A model generated the notes under the pieces. The model saw only the letters and a program-made list of their open reading frames with translations. It was not told the DNA's origin and did not search any database. The position numbers and the translations under genes were made by a program. A stretch of 62,959 bases of DNA, the filler included, from Hyphochytrium catenoides (Eukaryota; Protista; Hyphochytriomycota), in NCBI GenBank assembly GCA_900088475.1. It is 14 parts of 14 records of this genome, joined end to end, with 100 filler letters (N's around TTAATTAATTAA, not from the genome) between each part and the next. Parts side by side here need not be neighbours in the genome. Positions count along the whole stretch, not along the records: positions 39,531 to 53,054 come from FLMG01002869.1; positions 53,155 to 54,668 come from FLMG01002155.1; positions 54,769 to 56,559 come from FLMG01000292.1; positions 56,660 to 58,403 come from FLMG01000233.1; positions 58,504 to 59,886 come from FLMG01004645.1; positions 59,987 to 61,652 come from FLMG01000072.1; positions 61,753 to 62,959 come from FLMG01003568.1; 7 more parts are not named here. One strand, 5' to 3'. This document shows, piece by piece, positions 50,801-62,723 of this stretch; position 1 is the stretch's first letter, and each line of letters begins with the position of its first letter.

Positions 50801-52074
50801 GAACATCCTGACTAGAATCATCAACACGAGCAATAAGAGCGCTGTACACCTCTGCATTCCTGTGACTTCGTTCCTCACAAGGCTTGTGAGCGAATGTGAA
50901 AGACCAGCGAATCATCAGGCCAGCAGGCCAAAAGAAGAGCCCTTCGCGACCTTTCGGGATGGCCAAGAGAAAAGGTCTTCGCCGACGATTCAAATTAGCG
51001 TTACGACGGCTACTCCTGAGGCCCATGATGGTGTCCAAGGTCCCATGGCCGCCCGAGGATCTTCAAGTTGAGAGCGACCATGTTCCTACCATTCTGGGCA
51101 CGAAAGAGAATGGACAAGCAGTTGTAATAAACCTTGCATGGGGGTGCTTTCACACCTACGAGTAGCATTCTGTAGCCATTCTGTCTCCGCTTTCGTTCTG
51201 TATCCCATAGACCTTTGTCTGACGCTCTCCTTTCCTCTGCATGTCGGCAGACGCTCTCCATGTGTTTTCCTCTTCTTATCTGTTGCTCTTCAACATAATG
51301 CGCCCTCGCTACAATCAAACCCGAAAAGAAACCATAAATATATCCATTTTCCTACCCCAAGCTAGGGGCATAGTCTCTCATCATCCTTCCACCTCTTTCT
51401 GACCACTGAAGACTTGGGGTTAAGAATCCCTCCTCCATCCTTCTTTTGTCCCTGCGCCATCCTCTTAGGCACCAGAAGAAGCCTTTACTCCTGTTCTCCC
51501 TTGGCTTTCCAGCGCGGAGTAAGGAGTTTTAAAGGCTTGTCCTCCTCCTAAAGGGCCTTCAAGAGCTTACTGCTTCTGTGTCTGTACAAGCCGTTCAGTC
51601 CTATTCGGCTCATCTGTATCCTGGCGTTGGTGGGAAGTGAGGGGAAAATGGAACAGAGTAGATCGCACATGCTAGGGGCTTTGGCTGGCTTCTGTTCGCC
51701 ATCACAGTGAAAAAGGCGAGGGAAGTGCTCTGCAGATTCCAGACCGACAGATGCGAGAGAGATACAAAGCTTGTGTCAAGAAAATATAGACAGAGGTACA
51801 AGATGAAGTAGTCTAAAGTATTGGAAAGGGGCGTGAAAGTTCTGACAGCAAGCACATACTCCTGCAAGACAGAGTGGAGCGAGATACAGTCAGAAAGGTC
51901 AATAATGGCTGGTCCAGGTGGTCATGACCTTTGGTATTCCCATAGTTAATATGCAGGGAGCTGACACTTCTAACCAAACCAGGGTGTTCCAACTCCCTAA
52001 GATCTCAGTATCTTAGGGCTTGGAAGCAGAGAAGGGGAGGCCGACGAACAGTGTCATCGAGCATAGAAACACTT

Positions 52075-52131
52075 TCAGCCAATCAAAGCACGGACCAGGA
52101 TGGGTAGTGAGAGCTATCAGCCAATCAGAGC
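52075..52131 (+). promoter_or_regulatory. Tandem extended CCAAT (NF-Y-type) boxes
   Basis: TCAGCCAATCAAAGC (52075) and TCAGCCAATCAGAGC (52117), 42 bp apart. Confidence 0.5.
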
Positions 52132-53342
52132 CGGCCTGTCTTTCGCTAGCCCCTCGCATCATGAAATGAATATTTCAGTTCAGTTTACCTAATCTTTCCT
52201 TTCTTTTCGCCGTTAAGAACCACAGTTTTTTTTCGGAGAAAAAATAACATTAAGGTGTATTTGGGGATGGGTGAGGAGAAGACTCAGTCCTTATCTCAGT
52301 ACACGGGCCAGGGCAACTCAATGACTTGTCTAAGGACCATACACAGGGAGGGAAATGTAGAGAGGAAGATGTTCCTCTGAGTTCTTTATCTCTTGTCTAC
52401 TCTGGCTCGGGATTGCGAGCGTTGGCTTTGCATACCTAAGGCATGTTGTGGTTTTATCATCTAGCACCATTATCCCTCTCCTCTGTCTGGCGTGGCACCC
52501 ATCCATCCTCTGTTGCTATGATGAGGCTGAGATCACCCACAACCCTCTCTTCCTTTTTCTGATTCCCCACCCACCAGAATCGAGGGGGTGGAGCGTAGTG
52601 GCCTCTCTCTCCCAGCAGGACACACAAGATTCACCAAGATGGGTGGGCTCATTGAAGTATAAAGGTGTATAGTCATAGATATATCACTAGGGCGTGGGTG
52701 GATTGAAGTTGAACCACCTGTTGAGCTGTGAAAAACAAGTCACTGCAAGTATGATAGGGGTGGGTGTGCATCCAGTGATTAAGTCACTAAAGCGATAGGT
52801 TATAGCCTTACCACCCGTCTGCTTAGAGGAAGATATGGATCGTAGAGAGCTAAGATAATGACAGGCACCTCCCCTACTCAGTCAGGTCCCTTTCCCACTG
52901 TCTTGTCTCTCTTTCTTTCTCTTTTTCTCTCTCTCTCTCTCTCACTCTCTCTCTCTCTTATCTCTCTCTCTCTTTTGTCTCTTCTCTCCAGCCATAGAGC
53001 CAATCCTCCTGAGCTCCATTACCCGCCTCTCCCTCCCTTTCTCCACCCTCTTTTNNNNNNNNNNNNNNNNNNNNNNNNNNNNNNNNNNNNNNNNNNNNTT
53101 AATTAATTAANNNNNNNNNNNNNNNNNNNNNNNNNNNNNNNNNNNNNNNNNNNNAGAAAATAGCTGTTGTTAGCGGAAGAAGATGCTGCACCTGACTCTC
53201 TTTATGCTGGCAGCGGGCCCCAGTCCTTCTACCGGCCCAACCTCTGTCCCCAACTATGCTTTTTCACATTGTTTGCCTTCAATTTTCCCCCCATGTCAGT
53301 CTTCTGCTACCTCGTTTCTCTGCTCCCAGAGTACTTACCTTA

Positions 53343-54300
53343 CGTCACTGATCAAGCGCTGGGTTTCGTTCTGCTCCTTGCTGGCGCGGACCATGCGGTG
53401 GAGGATTGAGACCTTCAGGCGCAACGCAGAAGGCGAAGCCTCCGCCTTCAGATGTGCGAGGCTGCCTGATAAAAGAGCCTGGAAGCAATGTTAAGAGTTA
53501 GAGCGGCGTCCTGCTTGCCCTTGCATACTTTATTAAGGTACAACAATCTATCAAGCACCACTTTCCCACTATCTCTTTCTCTCTGTTTTCCTGGGGTTCT
53601 TAGTGTGCCGCCTATCGCTTTGCCTACAGACATTTACCGGACGCAGCTCTCTTCCTTCGCTGCTTGTTGTCCCACCTGCACCTAAGATCATAGCCCCTTG
53701 AACTCTCACCTGAGCCTCTTGATAGCTTTTCCTGTCCAGGGCTGCATCAGCCCAGAATAACAGCTGACCAGCAAGCATCTCCGCTTTGGAACTTCCTTCT
53801 TCCCCTTCATCATCGGCTTCAACGGCTACTAAGACCAAACATGAAGACGAGGGAAAGGTGCTGATAAGAAGCGAGACTGACAGTGGGGTTGGTCAGGTGA
53901 CCGACGGAAAGCTGACGAAGAGCAAATACCACGAGTAAATGTCAAGAGAGGAAAGAGAGAAAGGTGAAGAGGACTTTTGTCTGCCTTAACTAACCTTCGG
54001 TCCCTTCTCCTCCTGCCTCCATCAGCTCTAGGGCCTTCGTCACTTCGCTCTCAGCGCAGCAGTTGGTGGAGGAATTGGACTTTGCTGCCAGGAGGAGGAT
54101 GGCTGTCCATAGAAGGGGGAATAAGAGTGGATGAAGAAATACATAAGAGAGGGGGTTCAGGGTAAACATCTAGAAGTGTCGTGACCTTGTTCCTCTTCCT
54201 CTTCCGGCTCCACTGCCTCCGAGTTCTTCGTGATATCGCATTCTTGGGAATCGTCCTCGGCACATTCTCGAGCATCTTCCTCGGGGATGGTCTCTGTTGC
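53343..54300 (-). CDS. Fragment of a multi-exon hypothetical protein (acidic; possible TPR-like helix)
   Basis: Candidate GT-AG exons give TETIPEEDARECAEDDSQECD...|AILLLAAKSNSS...|AVEADDEGEEGSSKAEMLAGQLLFWADAALDRKSYQEAQ. Downstream joins are unresolved. Confidence 0.4.
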
Positions 54301-55615
54301 TGTAGATAAGGAGGGAGCAAACGTTTAGGACAAGTGACATGATATCCCGTCAGAGAGACGAAAGAGAGAGACACGAGGTCTTTCTAACTATAGGCTCTTT
54401 TGTCTTGCCAGCACTGAGGCCGGAAGGATCTTAGGCTTCCCTCCTTTCCTCCAACTAGTAGCGTGCGGCTTCTGATCCCTTCATTTAGTGACAGGTATCT
54501 CCTCACCCATAGTATTTGTCTCCATCCTCTCTTTCTCCTTCTCTCCTCCTCTTCTTTCTCTCCCCTCGATGCCGCCCTATGTCTAGTGGTCTAAGCTGTT
54601 TTCCTTAACGTCCGCGCCGAGAAGAGATACCACGAGGACAAAGTCCTGAAAGATGACGGGTTTGGGCTNNNNNNNNNNNNNNNNNNNNNNNNNNNNNNNN
54701 NNNNNNNNNNNNTTAATTAATTAANNNNNNNNNNNNNNNNNNNNNNNNNNNNNNNNNNNNNNNNNNNNACCGCTTCAGGAAGTCAAGATGTTAGGCATTG
54801 AGATTAAGTAGAACAGCAGCCTCCGGCATACCACTATTGGCTTCCTTCATCTTCTGACTCAACCCTATGACTACGTGAGCAATGAGTTACAACGGGCGGG
54901 AATGTACGGAGAGATGAAGGCGGATGCAACGTGTATCGATAGAGCCCTAGGCGTAAAGTGCAGAAATTGAAGATCTAAGGTTACCGCCGTAGTGCAAGCA
55001 GCGATAGGCCTTGTTTAACAGCCGCCTAGTTGACCCGCCCATGTCTTCAATCAAGCAGGCAGCTTTCTCCATTACCATCCATCTGCGCAGCAATCGTTGT
55101 GGGTCTGGGAACATCCGAAAGTTGCCCCTTCACTTCCAATGGCACGATCTTCATTATGACCTTCGAAGAGCTTCATTATCGCGCTAGTTTTTCTGATTTT
55201 TTTCCACCAGGCGACGGTAGAAAGGATATGCAGGGGCGCCAAATCAATTGGCGAAGGCGCATTCTCGACTCTATAGAGGGAAATTATACGGTGAAAAGAA
55301 GGGCCCGACACGAAGACGTCACCTGGTAGTTGTTGGTAACCCTAACCTACGTAGAGCAGTCACTACTTGTTGTCTTGGTGGCGGTTGCTGCTACAAACAC
55401 TAATAAAGACAATGATGATGGCCGCTAGTCGTCATTCACTCCTATATAAAGCTTTTTCTTCTTGAATCTCTTGCGTGCCCAACTTGGCTGCGCATTTGTT
55501 GGTGTTGGATACTTATAGGCGGTGCAAAAGACGAGTAGTGCCCCATTGTCTTACTTTTGATGTGTGTTGAATGAGTTGGTTGAGCTGCAGACCAATGACT
55601 AGCTAAATGAAAGCT

Positions 55616-56164
55616 TCAAGAAGGATGGTGGACCAGCCACAAAGAAGATAGAAGAAATGAAGTCGAAGAAGGAGGTGTTGATATTAGGGGACGAGGGGTC
55701 GGAGCTGAAGAGGAGGAGGAAGAGGAAGCAAGAGAAGAGAAGATCGTCTGGCTGAGACGACAACAAACAGCTGCCAATTCAACAACACAGTTCCGTATGA
55801 ACAAGTAGTAATAAAGAAGAAGAGTCGTTCTTCTCGCTTTGATAAATTCAACTTCTTCAGCCAGAGCTCTCCTCCTGTTAAGTTTGGCTCCTTCGCGAGA
55901 TCTCATGACATGGATTGCACTTTCGTTGAAGAAAGACGAAGGATGGCACTAGACGTGCTACGTGCTAACGGCTTCTCCACAGCTACTAATCTCCCCGTGG
56001 GAACGGCTTGCGGTCCATGTGTCCAGCTCTTTGATGAAGTCGACGTCGTTACTTTTGGATTGTACGATGGACGTATCATTAGATGATGAACCCTAATACG
56101 TGCTCTTTTTGTCCACGTTAGGCCATCCTCCTAGGATGACCACGTCGGCAAAAACAAGCGGGAC
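55616..56164 (-). pseudogene. Decayed ORF of unknown family
   Basis: About 183 codons (VPLVFADVVILGGWPNVDKK...RRRALAEEVEFIKARRTTLLLYYYLF) interrupted only by TAG at 56093-56095, 55958-55960 and 55949-55951. Confidence 0.45.
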
Positions 56165-57107
56165 TCATCTTACCCTCCATCATGATGATATACCAAGGAA
56201 AGGAAGACGAGCAATGAGGTAGGGAGCGACGAGGAGGGAGAACCCTATTGAACTGTCTGATGCTGTCGAACGAAGGGCGACCTAGTTAAGGACGATAGAG
56301 CTCTTTGTTATTGTTGTTGAAGATGTGAAGTACAGACTTGTTGGTAGTTGCAACTAGAAGCGTGCCTCGATCTTTAACCCCTAACAACTCTAACATTGAC
56401 GCTCTACTAGGTAGAAGCTCACCATCGCTTGGTGTTATGTTACTGTCCATTAAATAAACTCAGTCGACGACGACAAGTTATTAGTAGCAGGCCCGGGATA
56501 TCAGCGAGGCGTCATGGATACCAACTTGGTGTTGGCCTTGGTTTGATGATACTCGGTTCNNNNNNNNNNNNNNNNNNNNNNNNNNNNNNNNNNNNNNNNN
56601 NNNTTAATTAATTAANNNNNNNNNNNNNNNNNNNNNNNNNNNNNNNNNNNNNNNNNNNNAGAAGACGATGTTCTTCCTCCGGCAACACCAGCCACTGAGG
56701 GTTCATTCGCTTTGAGAAGCTCAGCGCAGCCCGAGAAACCTTAGGTCGAGCCGTCAGTGGGGGCTGTTCCAAGGACCACGTCTGTCTCTCCTCTCTCTAG
56801 CTATTCTTTTCTTTCTCTCTCTCTCTCTCTCTTTTTGCCCCGTGTCTTTCTCTCTCTGCTGGCTTAGTGTTGACTCTCTTCCTAACAATAGACTTTCGTC
56901 ATTTCTTCATTTTCTCAAGCTCACTTCCCTTTATGGCACTTATTCACGCATAGCAGTCACACTCTTCAAGCATAAGTGCTTTCTATCTGCCTCTCTCTCT
57001 TTCTGTCTCCCTCTCTCTTTCTGTATCTCTTCCTCTCCTCCTCCCATGTTTTCTTCTCTTTCTTCCCTCTCTTGCTCTGGTAGTTTGATCTCTTGGCAGG
57101 CACGTAC

Positions 57108-57247
57108 CCTTCCACACTTGGCCTCTGATCTCTGCCGGTATCCCCGCTCTCACAGCTGTCAGAAGCTCAGGATTTCTTTCAAAAACTCCTGTCGCCACGC
57201 AGTTCTCAAGCTGCTTGGATCGAGAGCTCGCATGGCCCTAGGAGAGC

Positions 57248-57278
<31 letters not shown>

Positions 57279-57608
57279 AAGAAAGAAAGAAAGAGAGAGA
57301 AAGAGGTGAGGGACGAGAGTTTTGTTCATAGAGTATGGATGAAAAGGATAGGCAAATGACTGAACGAGTGGAGGGAAGAGAGAGAGAAAAGAAGAGAGAG
57401 AGAGAGAGAGAGAGGGAGAGAGGGAGAGAGAGAGAGAGAGAGAGACAAAGAAGAAATCCAGGTACTTGATGTCACAGTGACGGTTGGCTGTAGATAAGGG
57501 ACTAGAAAGAGAGACGGGGGAGCCGCAGCTTGGGACAATGTACAGAAGGAAGTCTAGGAAACGAGCAAAAGCTTGACAACTGTCTAACGTAAAGCATAGG
57601 CAACCTTG

Positions 57609-57641
<33 letters not shown>

Positions 57642-58192
57642 CTTGTCTCTCCCCTCACCTGCATAAGGAGGTCAAGCCATTTTCTGGCAGTGCTCGGTAG
57701 CTCCTGCTGCGGACTGCCCTTATTCTCACTCCGGTCAAAGACCTAAAGACAGAGAAAGAAGAGAGAGAGAGCAAAAGAGAGAACGCAAAAGAAAGGAAAG
57801 ACAGAGAGACAGAGAGAGACAGAGAGAGAGAGAGAAAAGAGACAGAGACTATCAGTAAAAAAGTACTGCCAACAATCATCGCTCATTCTCTCACCTTGAG
57901 AACAAACATCTTTGTGGAAGACTGGGCGATCCACACCAGGACCGGCGGGAACTCTTGGCTCATACCTCCAAAGTGGTCGTCAAAGAATGTTATTCTCCCT
58001 TTCTCTCCCTCTCCTTCTCTCTCTCTCTCTCCTTCTTTTTCTCCTGTCACCCGTACGATAGAAGCCTGTCGGACATTGATCCGTCCCTGGAGAAAGGAAA
58101 GATTCTCGTCTGGAAAGTAAATTAGATCTCCTGACTCTAAGAAGATGAAGAAGTGCTTCTTCCAAAGAGACGGAAGATAGTGGAACTCTTTC
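57108..58192 (-). CDS. PH + TBC (RabGAP) domain protein, internal fragment
   Basis: Exons 58192-57895, 57742-57659, 57237-57108. PH: LWKKHFFIFLESGDLIYFPDE...QGRINV...MFVLK|...ARKWLDLL. TBC start: LLTAVRAGIPAEIRGQVWK. Confidence 0.85.
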
Positions 58193-59429
58193 CTATTCGA
58201 AGGGGAGAGAGAGAGAGAGGGAGGGAGAGGTAACGACTCAATAAGGAGCCTACGGATAAGGAAATAACGAGAAGAGAGAGAGAGACAGTGTCGGAGAGAA
58301 AAATTGGCAGAGGGAAAGCGAGAGAGAGTATAAAGAGAAAAAGTTCAGGTAGGGCAGCGCAGAGGGGACGAGACTAAAATTTAGAGAAACCGACGGACAC
58401 AGGNNNNNNNNNNNNNNNNNNNNNNNNNNNNNNNNNNNNNNNNNNNNTTAATTAATTAANNNNNNNNNNNNNNNNNNNNNNNNNNNNNNNNNNNNNNNNN
58501 NNNTCTCTCTCTCTCTCTCTCTCTATTTTTTATTTTTTTTCTCTTTCTCTCTCTCTTTCTCTCTCCATCTCTCTTTCTCTTCTCTCTCTCACTCTCTCTC
58601 TCTCTCCTCTCTCACTCTCCTACCCTGTTCTACCTGAGAGCACTCAATCCACTCTCTTCATCGACCATCATGCGGTGGCAAAGGATAACCTACTGGCTCT
58701 TTCCTTCATCACTATCGTCGACTGATAAACACGCTGAAGCTGAAGCAGCCTCTCCCTTCTCAGTCCAACGGAGCGGCAGCAGCAGCTGCGAATCTTTCTT
58801 CTTTCCCTCGAACACGGAGACCGACAGCAGGAAAGAAATTCTCTTTTTCTATGAAACATGACTGGTCCCTAGGAATCTCCTCCTTCTTCTCCATCATCAT
58901 CAGTGTCTTCATCTTGGTACTTTGCAACCTTTTGCCCGCCCTATGAATATGAGTTCCTCTGAAGTATCAGCGGGAAGATCAGAGGAGAGAAGAAGAGAGA
59001 GAAACCCGACGAGCCCAAAGACCACGACGAGAGAACGACCAAAAACAGAAGAAGAACTCTTCTCTTGGTAAGGAGGAAGGAGCAGGAGAGAAAACTAGGG
59101 AAAGTCGAACTTAGAGAGCATTCACACGCTGCTGATGCTTCAGTTTTGGCGGATGCAACTTTAATTTCCAGTGGATTCACCGTCATCAAATCTGGCAAAG
59201 GCCTGGCCTTGAGGAAGGCGGCAGGCGGCGTCCCTGCCGCAAGAGAGAGAAAGAAGGGAGAAAGTAGATGGCCCTGACATGCAATGATAGAGCACAAGGT
59301 GGCATCGTCTCGATCGATGGCCGCGTGAGGGCTAATAAAGGGAGGACACGTGGTGGATGGCGCTACTAGGGCCTTACTCGAAAGAAGCGCGAGTAGGCGA
59401 TGATGAAGAAAGACAAGACTGGAGGAGGA

Positions 59430-59476
<47 letters not shown>

Positions 59477-60123
59477 TAATGGGTGAAGGCTGTAGCGCGT
59501 ACACAGACGAGGAGAGCGAGATCAAAACGAAGGATAAAAGTTACTCCGGAGTAGGAAGTAAAGGAAGACGTAGAAGACAAGACATATTAAAGGAGAAGGT
59601 AGTCTTCCATATAAAATGATAGAAACTAGCTGACACATCGGCATCGTAGGCGTGAAAGTGTCTGCTATGGTCCAAACTCTGGTTCTCTCTCCTCTCTTAT
59701 GCTGTCTCAACCTTATCTCTTCTCTCTTCGCTCACCCTTCGGATGCACTTTTCTGGGAAGAGAGAGAGCTGTACGAGAGCAGTGTGAGAGAGCGCGGAGA
59801 GGGCCAACAAGAGAGCATGAGAAGACAGAGAGAAGCCAATTCAGATAACATTTATATATTACTAAAATACAAAGAGAGAGAGAGAGNNNNNNNNNNNNNN
59901 NNNNNNNNNNNNNNNNNNNNNNNNNNNNNNTTAATTAATTAANNNNNNNNNNNNNNNNNNNNNNNNNNNNNNNNNNNNNNNNNNNNTCAAGAAAGAAAAC
60001 AAAGGTCAATAGAGTTCGTAGAGAAGGGATAAGAAACAGAGATGAGTTAAACATTACGCAGTATAAAACACAGGAGTAAGTGCATGGCGAAGAGAGGGAC
60101 AGTGGTGAGAGAGAAGTGAGTGG

Positions 60124-60155
<32 letters not shown>

Positions 60156-60291
60156 ACAGGAGCTACAAAGATAAAAGAGAGCAAGAGGGGGTAAGGTAAA
60201 GAAGAGATAATGTAGGGCATGTACAGGTAACTTTTGATATGGAAGAGGGAGAAGAGTGTATAGCCAGAGAGGGAGAGAGAAAGAGAGAAGC

Positions 60292-60339
<48 letters not shown>

Positions 60340-60388
60340 CGGGGGTCTGAAGGTGAGTCTAAGAGGGCGGAGACAGGGCGGCATCAGG

Positions 60389-61263
60389 GCTGAAGGCCAA
60401 ACCTTGGCGAGACAGAGCAGCAGTGTAGATACACCAAAGGAAACTTTGCAACTTCATAAACGAAACTAACAGTCCAATACTTCCACTGTATATAACACAG
60501 GAATATACATTTTTATAAGCTTGTTCATCATATATTTCCGTAAAGCTTTCACGTCTGGGTGATGGAGCAGTTGAGGCGGGCGTATCTTCTCTGAGAAAAG
60601 CAGGACAGCTGCTACGCAGGAGGGGGCGGAGCATCTCAGGGTTAGATGCAATAATCTTTGAACCACAGTTTTATTCCTCTGTACAACTCATTATACAGGA
60701 TTCTCTGTGACGGTCCTTTTAGATGTCATGAAAAAGAGGTATACGTAAGGCCTAAGGGTCGGCTAAGCTTTGGAATTAGCTGGACATATGGTAGGCACTA
60801 TAGTAACCTTCGAGTCTTGCTAAGAAGCGGATTATTATTAGAGCGCTACGAAAGGGAACCTTTGAGTGGAATCAGAAAGGCGGTTTAGTATTGAGTAGTG
60901 GTTATTTGTTGGGGGTTGTGCTTCAGACATGCGGTCCTGTTTGTTCCTAAATATAAAGGGCAGACAAGGATGGAAGACCAAAAATCCAGAAAGAGAGAGA
61001 GTGTGGAAGAGAGAGGAAAAGCCGTGAAAAACTAGAGAAAAAAGAAAGAGAAAGAGTGAGAGAAAGAGAAAGAGAGGGGGAGAAAGAAGTGCAGAGAGAG
61101 AGGAAGAGCGTAAAGAGATAGCTTTGTAGGAAAGAGAGAGAGAGAGAGAGAGAGCACCATAGGACTGCAAGCAGTGCTTTCCTACCTTCCTCTTTGTGTA
61201 GCTCTGGGTAACTTGAAGCTTGCGTTTCCGTTCACTAGCCCTCTCGTCACTTCCCGTCACCAT
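60389..61263 (-). CDS. Possible 3' exons of a hypothetical protein
   Basis: Phase-compatible GT-AG joins give ...QSYTKRK|VPFRSALIIIRFLARLE|EKIRPPQLLHHPDVKALRKYMMNKLIK|MFGLQP*. No family recognised. Confidence 0.3.
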
Positions 61264-61752
61264 TCCTTTCTTCTTTCTTCCTTCCTCCTTTTTTCTTTCT
61301 ACTCTTTCAAAAAAAGGACGATCGTTTTTTGTCGCGTTGTGTCTATTTTATTGCTGGGTGGTCTGTTTTCTGCTTTCTTTCTCCTCTCTCTCTTTCTTCT
61401 CTTGCACAAGTTATTGAACATGTACGACTACTTTTTATCTTGTTTCTATAATTTTGGCGCTAATCTATACTCCGTAAAAAGAATTCTTCTAGAATAATAA
61501 CAGGACCTCTTGTTATTACCAACTTGTTTGCGTTCTTCTTTCCTTTTACAACTTTATAACTCTTCGCCATTTAGTTTTATAAGATTATTATCACCGAAGG
61601 CCGGGCATCCCAAGCAATGCTAGCGGATCGCAGGGAATTAGCTGTGGAAGGGNNNNNNNNNNNNNNNNNNNNNNNNNNNNNNNNNNNNNNNNNNNNTTAA
61701 TTAATTAANNNNNNNNNNNNNNNNNNNNNNNNNNNNNNNNNNNNNNNNNNNN

Positions 61753-62723
61753 TTCTTCAAGGAGATAGAGAACCTCCTGACTCTTCAAGCGACCATTATG
61801 CGTCACTCACGAGATTTCTTTGGCGTGCTCCCTCCCTTTAACAACGTGGTACCTAGAAGCGGAGTGTCCGGAATATATCGCTTTCCGTCACTTCTTCCAT
61901 CTGCTGAAGGCAGATATGGAGTGCCGAAGGGTCAGTAAAGAGGTCCTTCAAGTCGTCTGCGATGTCGAAGAGAAGATCAGGCTTTTCCAAGGACATAGGG
62001 TGCGATAGCTAATTAAACAGCGGGAGATATCCCAGATCTCTGAACATGAAGGAGCATGCCTTACCAACGAAGGCTCTGATGAAGCCTTAGTGATAATGGA
62101 CTTCAACATGAAGGCCGAATCTCTCTACTTTAGGGAAAAGACCGTTGATTCACTATGGGAAACGCAAAATGAGCTGGCACGGTTTTATGGTAACGTGTTG
62201 GTCTCTAGAGAGGCGTACAGAGGAGAACTGTGAAGAAGCTGCTGAGAATCGATTCTACTCGACCAGATCTCAAAAAGGGACAATCGTCAAGATCGAGAAG
62301 CTGTGATTTCGCTGGTAGAAGCAGTGCTCATCAGGGTCAAGAAAGACTTTCCTTATATTCGTGGCATAACTCTGCAGAGTGATAACGTGCTTGCGATCAG
62401 AACTCTGTGCTCGCCGCCCTCATTCCCATCCGTTCCATGCAGCATAACCTAGAAATCGGACCATTCGTCCACACCGAGACCCAGGACGGAAATCACTTCT
62501 TGACGCCCATTTCGCCCAGGCGATGAAGAAGGTAAGGAGCTGGGTACAGCAAGGTCACAACTGTGTCGCTCCTACCCAGCTCTTTGTAGCTCCCCCGTCT
62601 GGTGGAGGATATCTCAAGACAATAACTGAGCTGGTTGAGTATGACAGGCCAACCTTAACCAGAAGTCTGTTGGCACTGCAAGAATTTCTTCAAGCTTATC
62701 TCAAAGCGTATTGGCCGTACTAA
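61753..62723 (+). mobile_element. Frameshifted DDD-type DNA transposase pseudogene (Sola3-like, tentative)
   Basis: Reading across four frameshifts and one TAG: ALVIMDFNMK..YFREKTVD/HYGKRKMSWHG...DNRQDREAVISLVEAVL...ITLQSDN/ACDQN...FVHTETQDG/SLLDAHFA. This provides three candidate catalytic Asp motifs. Confidence 0.7.

Noticed and set aside
48100-51400. Gene models between the MIT gene and the CCAAT block
   Set aside because: Some exon-like pieces exist (e.g. MEADAKRRQPST.., LYRRNVSEALL..), but I could not build a consistent spliced ORF or recognise a domain.
51980-52720. hAT-like TIR pair (cagggtgttccaact ... agttgaaccacctg)
   Set aside because: The match is weak and there is no 8-bp target-site duplication.
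58636-59700. Gene on contig 58504-59886
   Set aside because: Possible minus-strand exons (GTPPAAFLKARPLPDLM.., GGQKVAKYQDEDTDDD..) have unresolved joins and no family match.
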